Positions 31,000 to 42,486 of a stretch of 48,618 nt of DNA are shown one piece after another; position 1 is the stretch's first letter, and each line of letters starts with the position of its first letter. Position numbers and translations under genes: made by a program. The notes beneath the pieces are model-generated. The model saw nothing but the letters and a program-made list of their open reading frames with translations. It did not search any database and had not been told where the DNA came from. The stretch lies in NCBI GenBank assembly GCA_038523235.1, contig JBCBJQ010000039.1, positions 1 to 48,618 on the forward strand. Direction: 5' to 3'. The stretch comes from Cyanobacteria bacterium J06626_4 (GTDB taxonomy: Bacteria > Cyanobacteriota > Cyanobacteriia > Phormidesmidales > Phormidesmidaceae).

Positions 31000-31043
31000 A
31001 ACCAGAAAGGGCGCTCTGTTTTTGCAGAGCGCCCTTTCTGGTT
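31000..31043. terminator. Hairpin terminator between convergent genes
   Basis: Perfect 19-bp stem AACCAGAAAGGGCGCTCTG / CAGAGCGCCCTTTCTGGTT. Confidence 0.8.
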
Positions 31044-31076
31044 GGAAGGTGGGATATGAGATCAGCGAGTCAAGGG

Positions 31077-31478
31077 TTATTGGCTGCCTAAGGGATTGAC
31101 GCTAAAGCTTTTGCTGCAGTAGCCCCCCCCTTGTTCATCAATTTGGCACAAGGTTTGAGCAATCGCAGCCTTACTCATGTCAGTTTCGTCAATCTCAACC
31201 GTGGCGTGGGTCCAGATGTAGCGATCGTCAGGCACTTTCACCACCGCTTCAAAACTGCCATCAGCATCAGTGCGGACCCTAATTCGGCGCTGGGTCGTAT
31301 ATTCGTGAATGCCCATCTCATGACCGTGAAATGTGACCGTGACGCGGGCATCTTCGACCGGCAATTCGGCGGCGGTCAATTTCACATTGCCGACTAAAGA
31401 CAAGCGAGCTGCCTCGGCAACCATCGGAGCTGCTAGCACCAAACCCACTGAACCCAAGAAACCCAAGAAACGCTTCAC
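31077..31478 (-). CDS. Hypothetical secreted beta-sandwich protein
   Basis: GTG at 31478 gives signal peptide MKRFLGFLGSVGLVLAAPMVAEA. PVEDARVTVTF and RTDADGSF resemble carboxypeptidase-regulatory/transthyretin-like folds. Confidence 0.7.
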   Translation of the reverse strand: MKRFLGFLGSVGLVLAAPMVAEAARLSLVGNVKLTAAELPVEDARVTVTFHGHEMGIHEYTTQRRIRVRTDADGSFEAVVKVPDDRYIWTHATVEIDETDMSKAAIAQTLCQIDEQGGGYCSKSFSVNPLGSQ

Positions 31479-31956
31479 AAACAACCTGCTGAGAAACAAT
31501 ACCAGCATTCACAATCTCAAGGTCGCTTCTGGGTTGTCAGTCGCCTAAGACACAAATTGGGGCCGAAATTTCGCGATCTGGCCATAATCTGCTTGAGCTG
31601 GACCAAATTTGGGGGGCAATCGCCCTTTTAGACGTCGTGATCTGGCCGATGTTTTTCTCATTCCAAGACCAGTTGTGGCGTTAACAAAGCCTGCCGGCAG
31701 GACAAACGACTTCACTTCACCTCCATCTTGGGTCTAACCGGCCCTTTCGTTAACTGAACAGAATCAGGCTTAATACCTGGTTTAGCATCAGAACTGGCTC
31801 CAGCCACTGACCGGCGATCGCCTGCACTTTGCATCCTAAAAGTCAGCAAACCCCTAATTATTGACTTAGAAAAAGGACAGAGAGTGGAGCGATGGAATTA
31901 GAATGGTGCGTGTCGATACAAATTATTTGTTGTTTATTGATTGACTGTGAAATCCC

Positions 31957-33588
31957 ATGAGTAATCCCTCCCAGCCCGACCGGATTTTGATCTTTGACAC
32001 GACCCTACGCGATGGAGAGCAGTCTCCAGGGGCCACGCTAAACGTGGATGAAAAACTGAAGATCGCCCGGCAACTGGCACGACTGGGGGTTGACATTATT
32101 GAAGCAGGATTTCCATTTGCCAGCCCTGGCGATTTTGCCGCCGTTCAACAAATTGCAGAACAGGTAGGCACCCCCGAAGGTCCCACCATCTGTGGCTTGG
32201 CGCGGGCCACCCGTCAAGATATTGAAGCGGCAGGTCGCGCGATCGCCCCCGCCGCGAACGGTCGCATCCACACCTTCATTGCCACCTCCGACATCCACAT
32301 GCAGTACAAGCTGCGCAAGAATCGCGAAGAGGTGCTGGCCATCACCGAAGAAATGGTCACCTATGCCAAAACGTTCACCGATGATGTGGAGTTTTCGCCG
32401 GAGGATGCCGGGCGCTCTGAGCCAGAATTTCTGTACCAGGTGTTGACTGCCGCGATCGCGGCGGGGGCCACCACCGTCAACATTCCCGATACGGTGGGCT
32501 ATTTGACGCCGACTGAGTTTGGCGATCTGATTCGCGGCATTAGTGAAAATGTGCCCAACATCGACCAAGCCATCATCTCGGTGCACGGCCACAATGATTT
32601 GGGCTTGGCCGTCGCCAACTTCTTAGAGGCGGTTAAAAACGGGGCGCGTCAGCTCGAGTGCACCATCAACGGCATTGGCGAGCGCGCCGGTAATGCCGCG
32701 CTAGAAGAATTGGTGATGGCCCTGCATGTGCGGCGCAGTTTTTACAATCCGTTTTTGGGTCGTCCAGCCGAGTCAGAAGCGCCGTTGACCCACATCAACA
32801 CGCCGGAAATTTATCAAACATCGCGATTGGTTTCGACCCTGACGGGCATGTTTGTGCAGCCGAATAAGGCGATCGTCGGGGCGAATGCCTTTGCCCACGA
32901 ATCGGGTATTCACCAAGATGGCGTGCTCAAAAACAAGCTCACCTACGAGATCATGGATGCTGAGTCGATTGGACTCAACAAAAACCAGATTGTGTTGGGC
33001 AAACACTCTGGCCGCAACGCCTTCCGCACCCGCTTAAAAGAGCTGGGGCACGAATTGGGAGATCAAGAACTTAACCGCGCCTTTCTGCGATTCAAAGACT
33101 TGGCCGACAAAAAGAAAGTCGTCACCGATTGGGACATCGTGGCCCTGGTAAATGACGAGACCCAACAGGCACCTGAGCATTACCACTTAGAGCATGTGCA
33201 GGTTTCTTGCGGCGACCATGCGCGCCCGACCGCAACGGTCACACTGCGCACTCCGAATGGCGAGGAGCTCACTGACGTCGCCCTCGGCACTGGGCCAGTC
33301 GATGCCGCCTTTAAGGCAGTTCATCGAGTGGTCAGCATTCCGAACGAGCTGAGCGAATTTTCGGTACAGTCAGTGACCGCTGGAATTGACGCGATCGGTG
33401 AAGTCACCGTGCGCGTTCGTCACAAAGACAGCGTGTTCTCAGGTCATGCGGCTAACACCGACATCGTGGTGGCGTCGACCCAAGCCTATCTCAAGGCCCT
33501 AAACCGGCTGTATGACTCCATTCAAGGCGGCAAGGCGATTCATCCTCAAAATGATGACATCGCGGCTGCAGCCACGGCTCGGATCTAA
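31957..33588 (+). CDS. leuA: 2-isopropylmalate synthase
   Basis: [40 protein letters not shown] and the C-terminal regulatory GTGPVDA domain. Confidence 0.97.
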   Translation: MSNPSQPDRILIFDTTLRDGEQSPGATLNVDEKLKIARQLARLGVDIIEAGFPFASPGDFAAVQQIAEQVGTPEGPTICGLARATRQDIEAAGRAIAPAANGRIHTFIATSDIHMQYKLRKNREEVLAITEEMVTYAKTFTDDVEFSPEDAGRSEPEFLYQVLTAAIAAGATTVNIPDTVGYLTPTEFGDLIRGISENVPNIDQAIISVHGHNDLGLAVANFLEAVKNGARQLECTINGIGERAGNAALEELVMALHVRRSFYNPFLGRPAESEAPLTHINTPEIYQTSRLVSTLTGMFVQPNKAIVGANAFAHESGIHQDGVLKNKLTYEIMDAESIGLNKNQIVLGKHSGRNAFRTRLKELGHELGDQELNRAFLRFKDLADKKKVVTDWDIVALVNDETQQAPEHYHLEHVQVSCGDHARPTATVTLRTPNGEELTDVALGTGPVDAAFKAVHRVVSIPNELSEFSVQSVTAGIDAIGEVTVRVRHKDSVFSGHAANTDIVVASTQAYLKALNRLYDSIQGGKAIHPQNDDIAAAATARI

Positions 33589-33611
33589 ACCCAGAGATTG
33601 AAATGACTGGC

Positions 33612-33660
33612 AAGCTCTGCTCAGGGTGCACTGCTGGCACCTTGAGCGGGGCTTTTGTTT
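33612..33660 (+). terminator. Rho-independent terminator of leuA
   Basis: AGCTCTGCTCAGGGTGC / GCACCTTGAGCGGGGCT stem (with G-U pairs) followed by TTTGTTT. Confidence 0.75.
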
Positions 33661-34032
33661 AAAACGCAATCAAGCTCTGCCCTGCCCCTGGGCTCCCTGG
33701 TATGGCCGAGATGACATCAGGAGTCCGATCGCTGAGCGTTGGAATAGCAGTCGCCAGTCCGGCGAGGCCCAGACGGCGGAGCCACTTGGCTGATGCGCGC
33801 AGGATCAGAGCGCTCCTAGGTGTTCGCAAACCTGAGTTCGGGATGGCATCAGGCACGCTGGCCCGCTGGTTGAAGCGACAATCCTCTCTGGAGAGGTGTG
33901 CCAAAGGCAGGGTGGGTATCGATTATTCCGCTGAGAGTGCTTCAACTGCCCCCATCTCCTCTCCAGAGGGGAAAGAAACGGGGTTAAGCCCAAACTGGCG
34001 TTAAGCAAAGTGGCCAGCGCCCGATAACGTCG

Positions 34033-34446
34033 TCAAGCTTTAGCCAGTTTGGCCTCGCGTACCCACTGCACCACTTGATCAGGCGTCGGACAAAGATCAG
34101 AGCGCCGCATCGTCATCGTATGCAGCTTGCGAACTTGGCTATGCAGGCGACCAGGCGCCAGGGTAGCCAGCTGAGCGACTGACGTCACCCCACTGTGCAA
34201 CAGCAATCCGCAATACTGACAGCCAACGCTGGGCAACTGGGCCAGGTCGGCTAAGGCTGTCCACTTTTGCAAATAGCGTAGGGGCAGGTTGAGCTGTTTT
34301 GCCACCTGTTGAAGCTGACCGGGCGATCGCGCCACCTGCAGCAAATCAGCAGTGGTTTGCAGCCCCGCCTGTTGCAGCTGTGCTACCTGGTCATCGGCGA
34401 GTCCTGGTAGGGCTTTCAGCGGACTACTCTGAAGTTTGAAGGGCAT
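34033..34446 (-). CDS. DUF4332 domain protein (helix-hairpin-helix-like)
   Basis: LPGL...LQQAGLQTTADLL, KWTALADLAQLPSVGCQYCGLLLHSGV and P...V.QWV pattern. Confidence 0.85.
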   Translation of the reverse strand: MPFKLQSSPLKALPGLADDQVAQLQQAGLQTTADLLQVARSPGQLQQVAKQLNLPLRYLQKWTALADLAQLPSVGCQYCGLLLHSGVTSVAQLATLAPGRLHSQVRKLHTMTMRRSDLCPTPDQVVQWVREAKLAKA

Positions 34447-34835
34447 TACCGGTTCTCGACTTTGACTTTACTTAACTGGCTCACTGCCCGGCAAGGCGAT
34501 GACGGGTCTCTCAATCAGAGGCAACTGAGCCTGCTCACCAGGCTGGCAGCGATCGATCAGTTAGCACCAACCTCACAATCTCCGTTGCTCAACCGTAGTC
34601 ATCGGCATCAAAGGCACTCATCGAACCATACCCGTATCCGCCATTGGTGGCTGTCTCAATCATAAGACTGCTGGCATGAATCAAATTACCCGCCCCACTC
34701 ATGGCCAAGATGGCACAGTGTCTTAAAAGCGAATTAATCCAAGCATAAAGTTTAGTTGCAAAGGCTTTGTGTTTGTCAGATCAGAGTTCTATATTATTGG
34801 CAAGGAGTTAAAAGCTCCGGCTTCAGATCGAGAGA

Positions 34836-35278
34836 TCAGTTCACGTTAAATAGGAGGTCACTCATCGATTTAACGTCTGATTCGATTTCATCAACCGCTA
34901 CAGTATCCAGCCAAGTTTTTGACACTTCCTCTTAATTTTCTTTGGGGAGCTCTGGATTAGATATCTGACTCAACGCTACGGTCGTGATATCTAAGCATCT
35001 CTGGAAAGAACGACATAACAACGAGGAAATCACTCAGAAGAATCGCTGGGATTCAGTTCACGTTAAATAGGAGATTAAGCATCGATTTAACGTCTGATTC
35101 GATTTCATCAAACATCACAGCATCCAAGCAAGTTTTTGATACTTCCTCTCATTTTCTTTAGGGAGCTCTGAGTTAGATATTTCACTGGGCACTATGCCAC
35201 AGTCGCGATATCTAAACATCTCTGAAAAAAAGAGTCCAGCAGCGAGGAAATCACTCAAAAGAATTGTTTGGATGCTGT
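34836..35278 (+). repeat. Two diverged tandem ~217-bp non-coding units with conserved hairpins; candidate structured ncRNA pair
   Basis: Copies start at 34836 and 35053 (TCAGTTCACGTTAAATAGGAG). The first 59 nt are identical except one hexamer, and the inverted repeats are kept in both copies. The repeat is certain; the RNA function is inferred. Confidence 0.85.
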
Positions 35279-35509
35279 TGGTGTGTTCGGCTATTTTGGT
35301 TAGCTTAAAAGTAGGCAATGCCATCAGTTTTTGATTTTGTCATCAATGGTTAATACGCTATTTATGCCAAAATTGCGCTGTTTAGCCTAGCCCAAAAATC
35401 ACTCATCAGTTCAACCGGGAGTTTTGGGTGTTTGATTTTCCTGGGGCTACTCCGAACGGCGACTTCCTTGATTGTGGTCTTGATGCTAAAGCGTGCCCTG
35501 TGAGCAATT

Positions 35510-37051
35510 TTAGGTGGCGCGATCGAGGGACTCGACGACCTGCGCGTAAATTTCCTCTGCTTGAGCCGGCGAGTTACCGATGGAGGTGAGCCCTAGCTTG
35601 CCATATTCCGAGAGACAGCCCATTAGGTGAAAGGCCGCGCCGACGCCCTCAATACTGTTGAAATGCAGGCGATCGCTGACGATAATATCCATCAGATCGC
35701 TGGGCAGTAGCCCTCGATAAGCCGGTTTGTGCAGATTGTCGGAGGCGCGATAGAACTTGGCTTGGCCGCGCCGCGTATAGAACAGTCCGTCTTTGGCGTT
35801 GTATTGGCCGTTGGTCAGCAATTTAAGTGCCATAAACGGATGGGTCGTGCCTCCTTTGCGCAGGTTGATTTCGATTGCCTGCAGCTCCCAATTGGGGTTT
35901 CGATCGGGCTGATAAACAGCGACAAAATCAACGCCATAGCGTTCGAGTGCGCCCTTTTGGGCAAGACATTGACCAACCGCTGAGCCCATCGCTTGAATCC
36001 GCAAACGATAATCAGCATCCGCCGGAAAAGAACAACCCAGGAAAATTTGACCATCGGGGCCACCCAAAACCTGATCGTGAGTCGAGAGCATTTCAACCTC
36101 CCCTAACGGATTGATATGCCCCTGCACGCTCGGTGATCGCTTCTGTTCCCCCTCGATAAAGGCTTCCGCGATCGCACCCAGCCCGTGAATTTTCTGCTCA
36201 AAATATTCCCAGGTTTCGCTTTTACACTGAAACCGGAGCTGCCTTAGGGCTTGGCCCAACTGCTTGACACGAGTGCTGCGACTACCTGAGGTCGGTGCGG
36301 CCTCAGCTAAAGGTCGTAGATCTAATAGGGCATTCCCCTCGCCTGAAAACCCCTGATCGAGCTTGATGACGATGCGCTTGAGATGGGGCTGTCGTTCCCA
36401 GAGATCAGCGGCGACCTCGGCCAAATCATCAGCGGTGCGGACTAATTCGCTGCCATCGGGGTGGGGCACGCCGCACTCGGCAAAGATCTGCCGACTGCCA
36501 CTTTTGGTGCCCCAATGCAAGAGGTCAGGATCGAGGGCCAGCAGGGGAATGCCTAGCTGCAAAGCGAGTTCGCGTTCTAGCGATGTCGAGTTGAAGCACA
36601 CCATGTAGGCCCGTTCAGCCTCTAAGCTGTCGCGAATTTTTTCGAGCAGGCGCGGCCGTTCGAGCAGTTTTTGGGTTAGGGGTTTGTGAGAAGCGTCGTA
36701 GGTGGCAAACAGGTCAAGGCGATCGCGGGCATGGGAACTTGGGATGCCGGGCAGCAGTTCCAAATAGTAATCAATGATGCTGGGATGCAGTGGCTGAGAA
36801 GTGACGTAAATCAGCCGCGTGTGGGGATTCCGCAGCCGCGCCAGAGAAAATAGTAGGCGCTCTTCGTAGTAATGGGCCCCGGCAATTTTTTGCAGTTCCG
36901 ACTGATCAAGACTAAGAGACGGCACGATCAAAACCTGGCAGTTGCGCGTGTCAAACTCATCGGGCGATCGCCACAGCGTTTTGAGTCGGGTTTGCAAAGC
37001 TTGAAACTGGACAGAAGGCTCGGCTGTCGCCGTAAAGGTGTCGAACATCAT
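35510..37051 (-). CDS. Peptide ligase PGM1-related ATP-grasp protein
   Basis: YEERLLF, WGTKSGSRQIF, KLDQGFSGEGNA, SPSVQ, HDQVLGG, GVDF and IEINLRKGGTTHP. Start likely ATG 37051 or 37048. Confidence 0.85.
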   Translation of the reverse strand: MMFDTFTATAEPSVQFQALQTRLKTLWRSPDEFDTRNCQVLIVPSLSLDQSELQKIAGAHYYEERLLFSLARLRNPHTRLIYVTSQPLHPSIIDYYLELLPGIPSSHARDRLDLFATYDASHKPLTQKLLERPRLLEKIRDSLEAERAYMVCFNSTSLERELALQLGIPLLALDPDLLHWGTKSGSRQIFAECGVPHPDGSELVRTADDLAEVAADLWERQPHLKRIVIKLDQGFSGEGNALLDLRPLAEAAPTSGSRSTRVKQLGQALRQLRFQCKSETWEYFEQKIHGLGAIAEAFIEGEQKRSPSVQGHINPLGEVEMLSTHDQVLGGPDGQIFLGCSFPADADYRLRIQAMGSAVGQCLAQKGALERYGVDFVAVYQPDRNPNWELQAIEINLRKGGTTHPFMALKLLTNGQYNAKDGLFYTRRGQAKFYRASDNLHKPAYRGLLPSDLMDIIVSDRLHFNSIEGVGAAFHLMGCLSEYGKLGLTSIGNSPAQAEEIYAQVVESLDRAT

Positions 37052-37483
37052 AAACCGCGGCAACCTGAGTGACGCTTGAACAGAAATCAAAGCCTGGGGG
37101 CGAGGGGCATCCTGCAGCCGTTAGGGCATACCCCTGGCAAAGAGACCGATTTCTCTAGCGTCACATTTCCGAGGAACAGACAGCACATTTTTTGAGAAAT
37201 CGTTGAAAACGCCTGAGCCCGATGCCTTGGTAGCGAGTGTCGCAGCTCCCTCACGATGCCCAGCGGCAGTTGCAAACTGCTCTGTGCTGAAACGTGTCAT
37301 CAATTAAGTCCAGAACATCCTAGGACAGTCCTAAGGCACTCAAAGGGACTTTATCAAGCTTTTAAGTATTTGCACTGAAGTTGTTGATTTTATCAACTCT
37401 CGACAAACCTCCCCAAGAAATCGGGATCGACTGGCTATTTTGTATCTGTAAGAACATTCTGTGCTGCAGGAAGCCTTCGTCCT

Positions 37484-38275
37484 ATGATGCCTAATCACAC
37501 TTTTGCTGCATTAATCGGTAGTACGACTCTCATCGTCGGTGCCGCGATCGCCCCCGCTCAAGCCTTCGTCGTTGCCCCGAGCAATATCACTGACCAGCAA
37601 TTCAACCAGCTAATTTTAGATGGTGATTTTTCTGAGCTGTTTGTAGCCGAAAGCCGTGCTGGATTCACGGGCAGCGAACGAGAATTTGGCATCAACAAGG
37701 CTCTCGTTCCCAATGCAGGGGGCACTGGTTTAGTCGGTGGCAATCCTTTAGCCCAAGGTCAACTCGACTGGACATCGGGCGAAACGGTCGAGTTCCATTT
37801 GTCGTACAACGCACTCACCGGTGAAATTGCCTACACCGTTGATGGCGAACTGTTAAACGCTACCGTCAATGCGGAGAGTCCTAACGGCATCTACATCAGA
37901 ACCAATGCCCAAGGTAAGGGCACGGGTAGCAACGCGACGACCAGCAGCAGCATGAGTTTAGAGAATCTGATGCTGGATGAGGGCAACGGCTTTCAAGCAC
38001 TGCCCGATTTGGCGTCGTTCTTTACCCAGGGCGGCCCTCGTGATGTTGATTACCTGGTAATCTCTGACCTCTCCGGCTCCTTCTCCCTCAAAGGAGAACA
38101 AACCTTGAGTTGGGCAGGCCGATTTCCTGATCGCTCTCGCCTAGCCGCTCAGATCAAAGTCGGCAACTTTAACGATAGTGAAAGCGTTCCTGAGCCCGCT
38201 ACGCTGCTAGGGGCAATGGTCGCTCTGGGGGCAGGATACGGTCTCAAGCGTCGTCGCGACCAAGCAACTGCGTAG
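37484..38275 (+). CDS. PEP-CTERM sorted surface protein (possibly choice-of-anchor W type)
   Basis: Signal peptide ending PAQA; C-terminal VPEP + TM helix + KRRR. Confidence 0.9.
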   Translation: MMPNHTFAALIGSTTLIVGAAIAPAQAFVVAPSNITDQQFNQLILDGDFSELFVAESRAGFTGSEREFGINKALVPNAGGTGLVGGNPLAQGQLDWTSGETVEFHLSYNALTGEIAYTVDGELLNATVNAESPNGIYIRTNAQGKGTGSNATTSSSMSLENLMLDEGNGFQALPDLASFFTQGGPRDVDYLVISDLSGSFSLKGEQTLSWAGRFPDRSRLAAQIKVGNFNDSESVPEPATLLGAMVALGAGYGLKRRRDQATA

Positions 38276-38323
38276 GGTCTGAGCGGCGATCACAAGCCTA
38301 TTCAAACCGTTTGCGACGCCTGC

Positions 38324-38357
38324 AAAAGCCTCACGATCGCGCGATCGTGAGGCTTTT
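38324..38357. terminator. Bidirectional terminator, perfect 34-bp palindrome
   Basis: AAAAGCCTCACGATCGC-GCGATCGTGAGGCTTTT between convergent genes. Confidence 0.85.
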
Positions 38358-38420
38358 CATTAAACATTCTCGGCGCTCAGCAAAGTAGTTGCCGGAGTGA
38401 TGCCACCGAGGCAGCGATCG

Positions 38421-39566
<1,146 letters not shown>

Positions 39567-39783
39567 TCACGCTTAATTTAGAACAGCCCCGATCCATTGC
39601 TTTTCTTTCAAAATTGCGCCGTGAAGCTACCCCACACGAATCGATCGTCGTGTCAGGTGCCGTTCCCAACATCACCCAGCGTGGGGGAGTTGAACCATTG
39701 GGACACGGCAGCACCGGCAAGTCAGGCCTCTTTCTCTTATTTGCCTAGAAACGGATAAACCAGCAGGGGCAGTCTGATGCCCC

Positions 39784-40539
39784 CTAAAACCAGCCGTCTT
39801 GCTCAAGTTCTTCAATGATCTGCAGCCCTCGCGGATCGCCCACATTAAGAATGGCGGTACGGGCATCTTCTCGCACGCCGAGATCGTTCTCTTCCGCAAA
39901 GGTCTCAATCAGGGCATCGATCGCCGTCGCATAAACCACGTTAGAAGGCAGCTCACGGCACAGTTGCCCCACCGCCCAAGCACAGTTGCTCCGCACTGCA
40001 GCGATCGGGTCTCGGCGCATCACCTCAATAATCGGGGGAATCGCCGCCACCACCGTCTCGTAATTGACGTTGACCATCTGCGCTAGGGCACTGGCGGCCC
40101 ACAGCCGCACCGCCGGAATATCGGTCTTTAAGGCATCAATGAGCGGGGGAAGGGCCGCCGGCGTGTGACTATTGCCCAAAGCCCAGACAATGCCTTTACG
40201 CACATAGCCATTCCAGTCATGCAGTTGGGCAATGAGGGGCGCGATCGCGGCTTCGCTGCAGTTACGACCCAAGGCATAGGCCGTACTGACTCGCACTAGA
40301 GGACAAGTATCTTGTAATAGCTCGATTAAACGCGGAATCGCTCGGGGCTCTTCTAACTCACAAAAAGCCCGAGCCGCCAACATGCGCTGCTGCGCTTGGG
40401 GAGAATCTAGCAGCAGCAACATTTCCTCAGCATCATACTGGGGCTCTTCAGCCGCTTCGCCAACCGGATCAATATGATCCAGCGGGTCGTCAAACTCGAC
40501 ATCCGGGTCAATAAGCTTTAGCTCGTCATCATCATACAT
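39784..40539 (-). CDS. HEAT repeat (PBS lyase HEAT-like) protein
   Basis: Repeated LI..L.D....VR..A.ALG units after an acidic N-terminus. Confidence 0.9.
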   Translation of the reverse strand: MYDDDELKLIDPDVEFDDPLDHIDPVGEAAEEPQYDAEEMLLLLDSPQAQQRMLAARAFCELEEPRAIPRLIELLQDTCPLVRVSTAYALGRNCSEAAIAPLIAQLHDWNGYVRKGIVWALGNSHTPAALPPLIDALKTDIPAVRLWAASALAQMVNVNYETVVAAIPPIIEVMRRDPIAAVRSNCAWAVGQLCRELPSNVVYATAIDALIETFAEENDLGVREDARTAILNVGDPRGLQIIEELEQDGWF

Positions 40540-40700
40540 ATCCACACTTTACAGCACTGTTTTCTCCCAATCGAGCCCGATGATTGAGCGAGTCACGATT
40601 CCCGCCGTTAGCCTTAAAAAACTGTCATCTTTCAGAGGCAATGGGAATAAAGTCTGCTTCACTAAAAGCCAGCCCCTTAAGACGCAGAGAGATGATCGTG

Positions 40701-41417
40701 ATGAGCTTAAATCAATTAGTGCGCTATGGCGCGATCGCGGGTCTACTCTTAGCCAGCAGCGCCTGCCAGTCATCACCCGAGTCGGCCCCCCCCAACGACA
40801 CATCAGCCGCGCCCGCCGAAACCACCCCGGCCCCTGATTCTGAGGAAGCGCCCAATCCTGAGGAAGCACCCAATCCTGACGAGCCCCCCGAGTCGGCATC
40901 CGAGCCCCCTGCTGCCACAACGCCGAATCCTACCCCCAGTCCAGCCCCAGTTGAGACGGCCACTGCTGAGATGTCTTGCTCAGCCACGGCGTTTGTGGCC
41001 GACACCGACCCAGCTGGCCTCAATGTGCGGAGTGGCCCCGGCAGCGATTTTGCCATTCAAGACACCTTGCCCACCAATGACGCCGTAGAGGTCTCGATTG
41101 TGGGGGCCACCAATGGCTGGTTTTTGGTGAACGAAGCCTGGAGTACCAACCAAGCCGAACTCGAACAACCCGGTTGGGTCTACGCTCCACTCTTGGGGGT
41201 AACCACGACTAGCTTAGATATCAATGATCCGGCAGCCCCTGCGTCTCTGTATGAAGCGCCTGATGGGCTTTCTGCAGTCAAAGCCACCGTGCCGAAATTT
41301 TCGGAAGTGACATTAGTGGGCTGTTCTGGCAACTGGTTACAGATCCAAACCAGCGACACAACGGGCTGGCTGGCCGTTGGTGATCAGTGCAGCAACCCGA
41401 ACTCGACCTGTCCGTAA
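40701..41417 (+). CDS. Lipoprotein with Pro-rich linker and bacterial SH3 domains
   Basis: LLLASSAC lipobox-like site, EEAPNP repeats, LNVRSGPG...GWVYAPLL SH3b and a second SH3-like unit. Start at 40701 or 40692. Confidence 0.85.
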   Translation: MSLNQLVRYGAIAGLLLASSACQSSPESAPPNDTSAAPAETTPAPDSEEAPNPEEAPNPDEPPESASEPPAATTPNPTPSPAPVETATAEMSCSATAFVADTDPAGLNVRSGPGSDFAIQDTLPTNDAVEVSIVGATNGWFLVNEAWSTNQAELEQPGWVYAPLLGVTTTSLDINDPAAPASLYEAPDGLSAVKATVPKFSEVTLVGCSGNWLQIQTSDTTGWLAVGDQCSNPNSTCP

Positions 41418-41777
41418 TTCTGGCTGGCTCGTCGTCACAGTCGCAAACCGAGGGTTCTCGACAAGCAGGCAACATTGTCCAATTGGACGGTCTTTTCACC
41501 AATGCGACCCAACGCCAAGCTTAAACAGATTGGTGAAGCGAAACCCCCATGTTCGAGCATGGGAAAAGTCCAACTCGTATCTTTAAGCTCATGTCATTGT
41601 GAAGATCGAGCGTAGTACAAGGTTTCAGCTGTTTTTTCTTGGCAGAAAATTTATATCGCTTGATGCAACCCGTCCTCAAACGTGGGCAACCTAATACAGA
41701 CATCGTTGGAACCGTCTACCTCGCATTGGTTAGGCGCTGACGGATGTTCTAAAACTTTTGTTCGGAGATAGAACGAC

Positions 41778-42161
41778 ATGATGGCAAATCGTTTTGGCAA
41801 GCTGGCGATCGCAATGGGTATGGGTGGCCTCATGACCGCCAGTTTAGTGCCTGGCGCGATCGCTCAGGAATTTGAGCCAGAGCCTTACACGACTTTTTTG
41901 GGTAGTGGCGAATCGGAGATTTATGAAGGCTATCTGCTAGCTGGCGAAGCGGTTTATGCCAGCTGCGACTTCGATTGTAGTGATCTAGACATCTACCTCT
42001 ATGATGCTCAAACGGGTGAGCTCATGGAATCAGATACGCTGTTGGATTCTGAGCCCGTCGTGGTTGCGCCCTATGATGGGGACTTCATCATCGAGACGGT
42101 GATGGTCACCTGCAGCACCAGCATCTGCGAAGCGTGGACGAATTCTGACGAAGGGTTCTAA
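41778..42161 (+). CDS. Small secreted acidic protein (PPC-like beta-sandwich)
   Basis: Signal peptide ending AIA; CDFDCSDLDIYLYD motif; four Cys. Confidence 0.8.
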   Translation: MMANRFGKLAIAMGMGGLMTASLVPGAIAQEFEPEPYTTFLGSGESEIYEGYLLAGEAVYASCDFDCSDLDIYLYDAQTGELMESDTLLDSEPVVVAPYDGDFIIETVMVTCSTSICEAWTNSDEGF

Positions 42162-42211
42162 TGGTCTTAGCGCCGCTTAAGTAGAGAAAAGTCTCTTTAC
42201 TTGTGAACTGC

Positions 42212-42246
42212 AGGGGCGATGCCATCAACGTGATGGCATCGCCCCT
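42212..42246. terminator. Hairpin terminator
   Basis: 16-bp perfect stem AGGGGCGATGCCATCA / TGATGGCATCGCCCCT. Confidence 0.75.
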
Positions 42247-42486
42247 TAGTTTTACGCCCCCGTCATCAACCTCATGACTCCTGAAGCTGATGACAAACTG
42301 CTATGGCAGAATACCCTGCGGGAAGGGCAAGCCCTATGGAATTAAAAGGTTTGTCAGATGGCGATTACCACTATCTGAAATGACTTGATCAAGCTGCAAA
42401 TTGTTTGCGGTAAGGCCCTTCCCCGCCCCTTTCTACCCTCTGCTATACCTGCTGAATCTGGTGCATTTTGATAGCTCAGAGATCAC

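Noticed and set aside
33659..34008. Short ORFs between leuA and DUF4332
   Set aside because: Overlapping frames on both strands with no RBS or recognisable motif, downstream of the leuA terminator.
34836..35278. CRISPR array or dif/attC reading of the tandem repeat
   Set aside because: There are only two long units, similar along their whole length, with no unique spacers and no cas genes. TCACGTTAAAT resembles a XerD arm and GTTAAAT/ATTTAAC fit integron core consensus, but the arms face outward, no XerC arm is present, and the implied attC would be ~200 bp around an empty cassette.
35115..35324. 69-aa ORF on the minus strand over repeat copy 2
   Set aside because: The equivalent frame in copy 1 is broken by an indel and an early stop, so conservation is not at the protein level.
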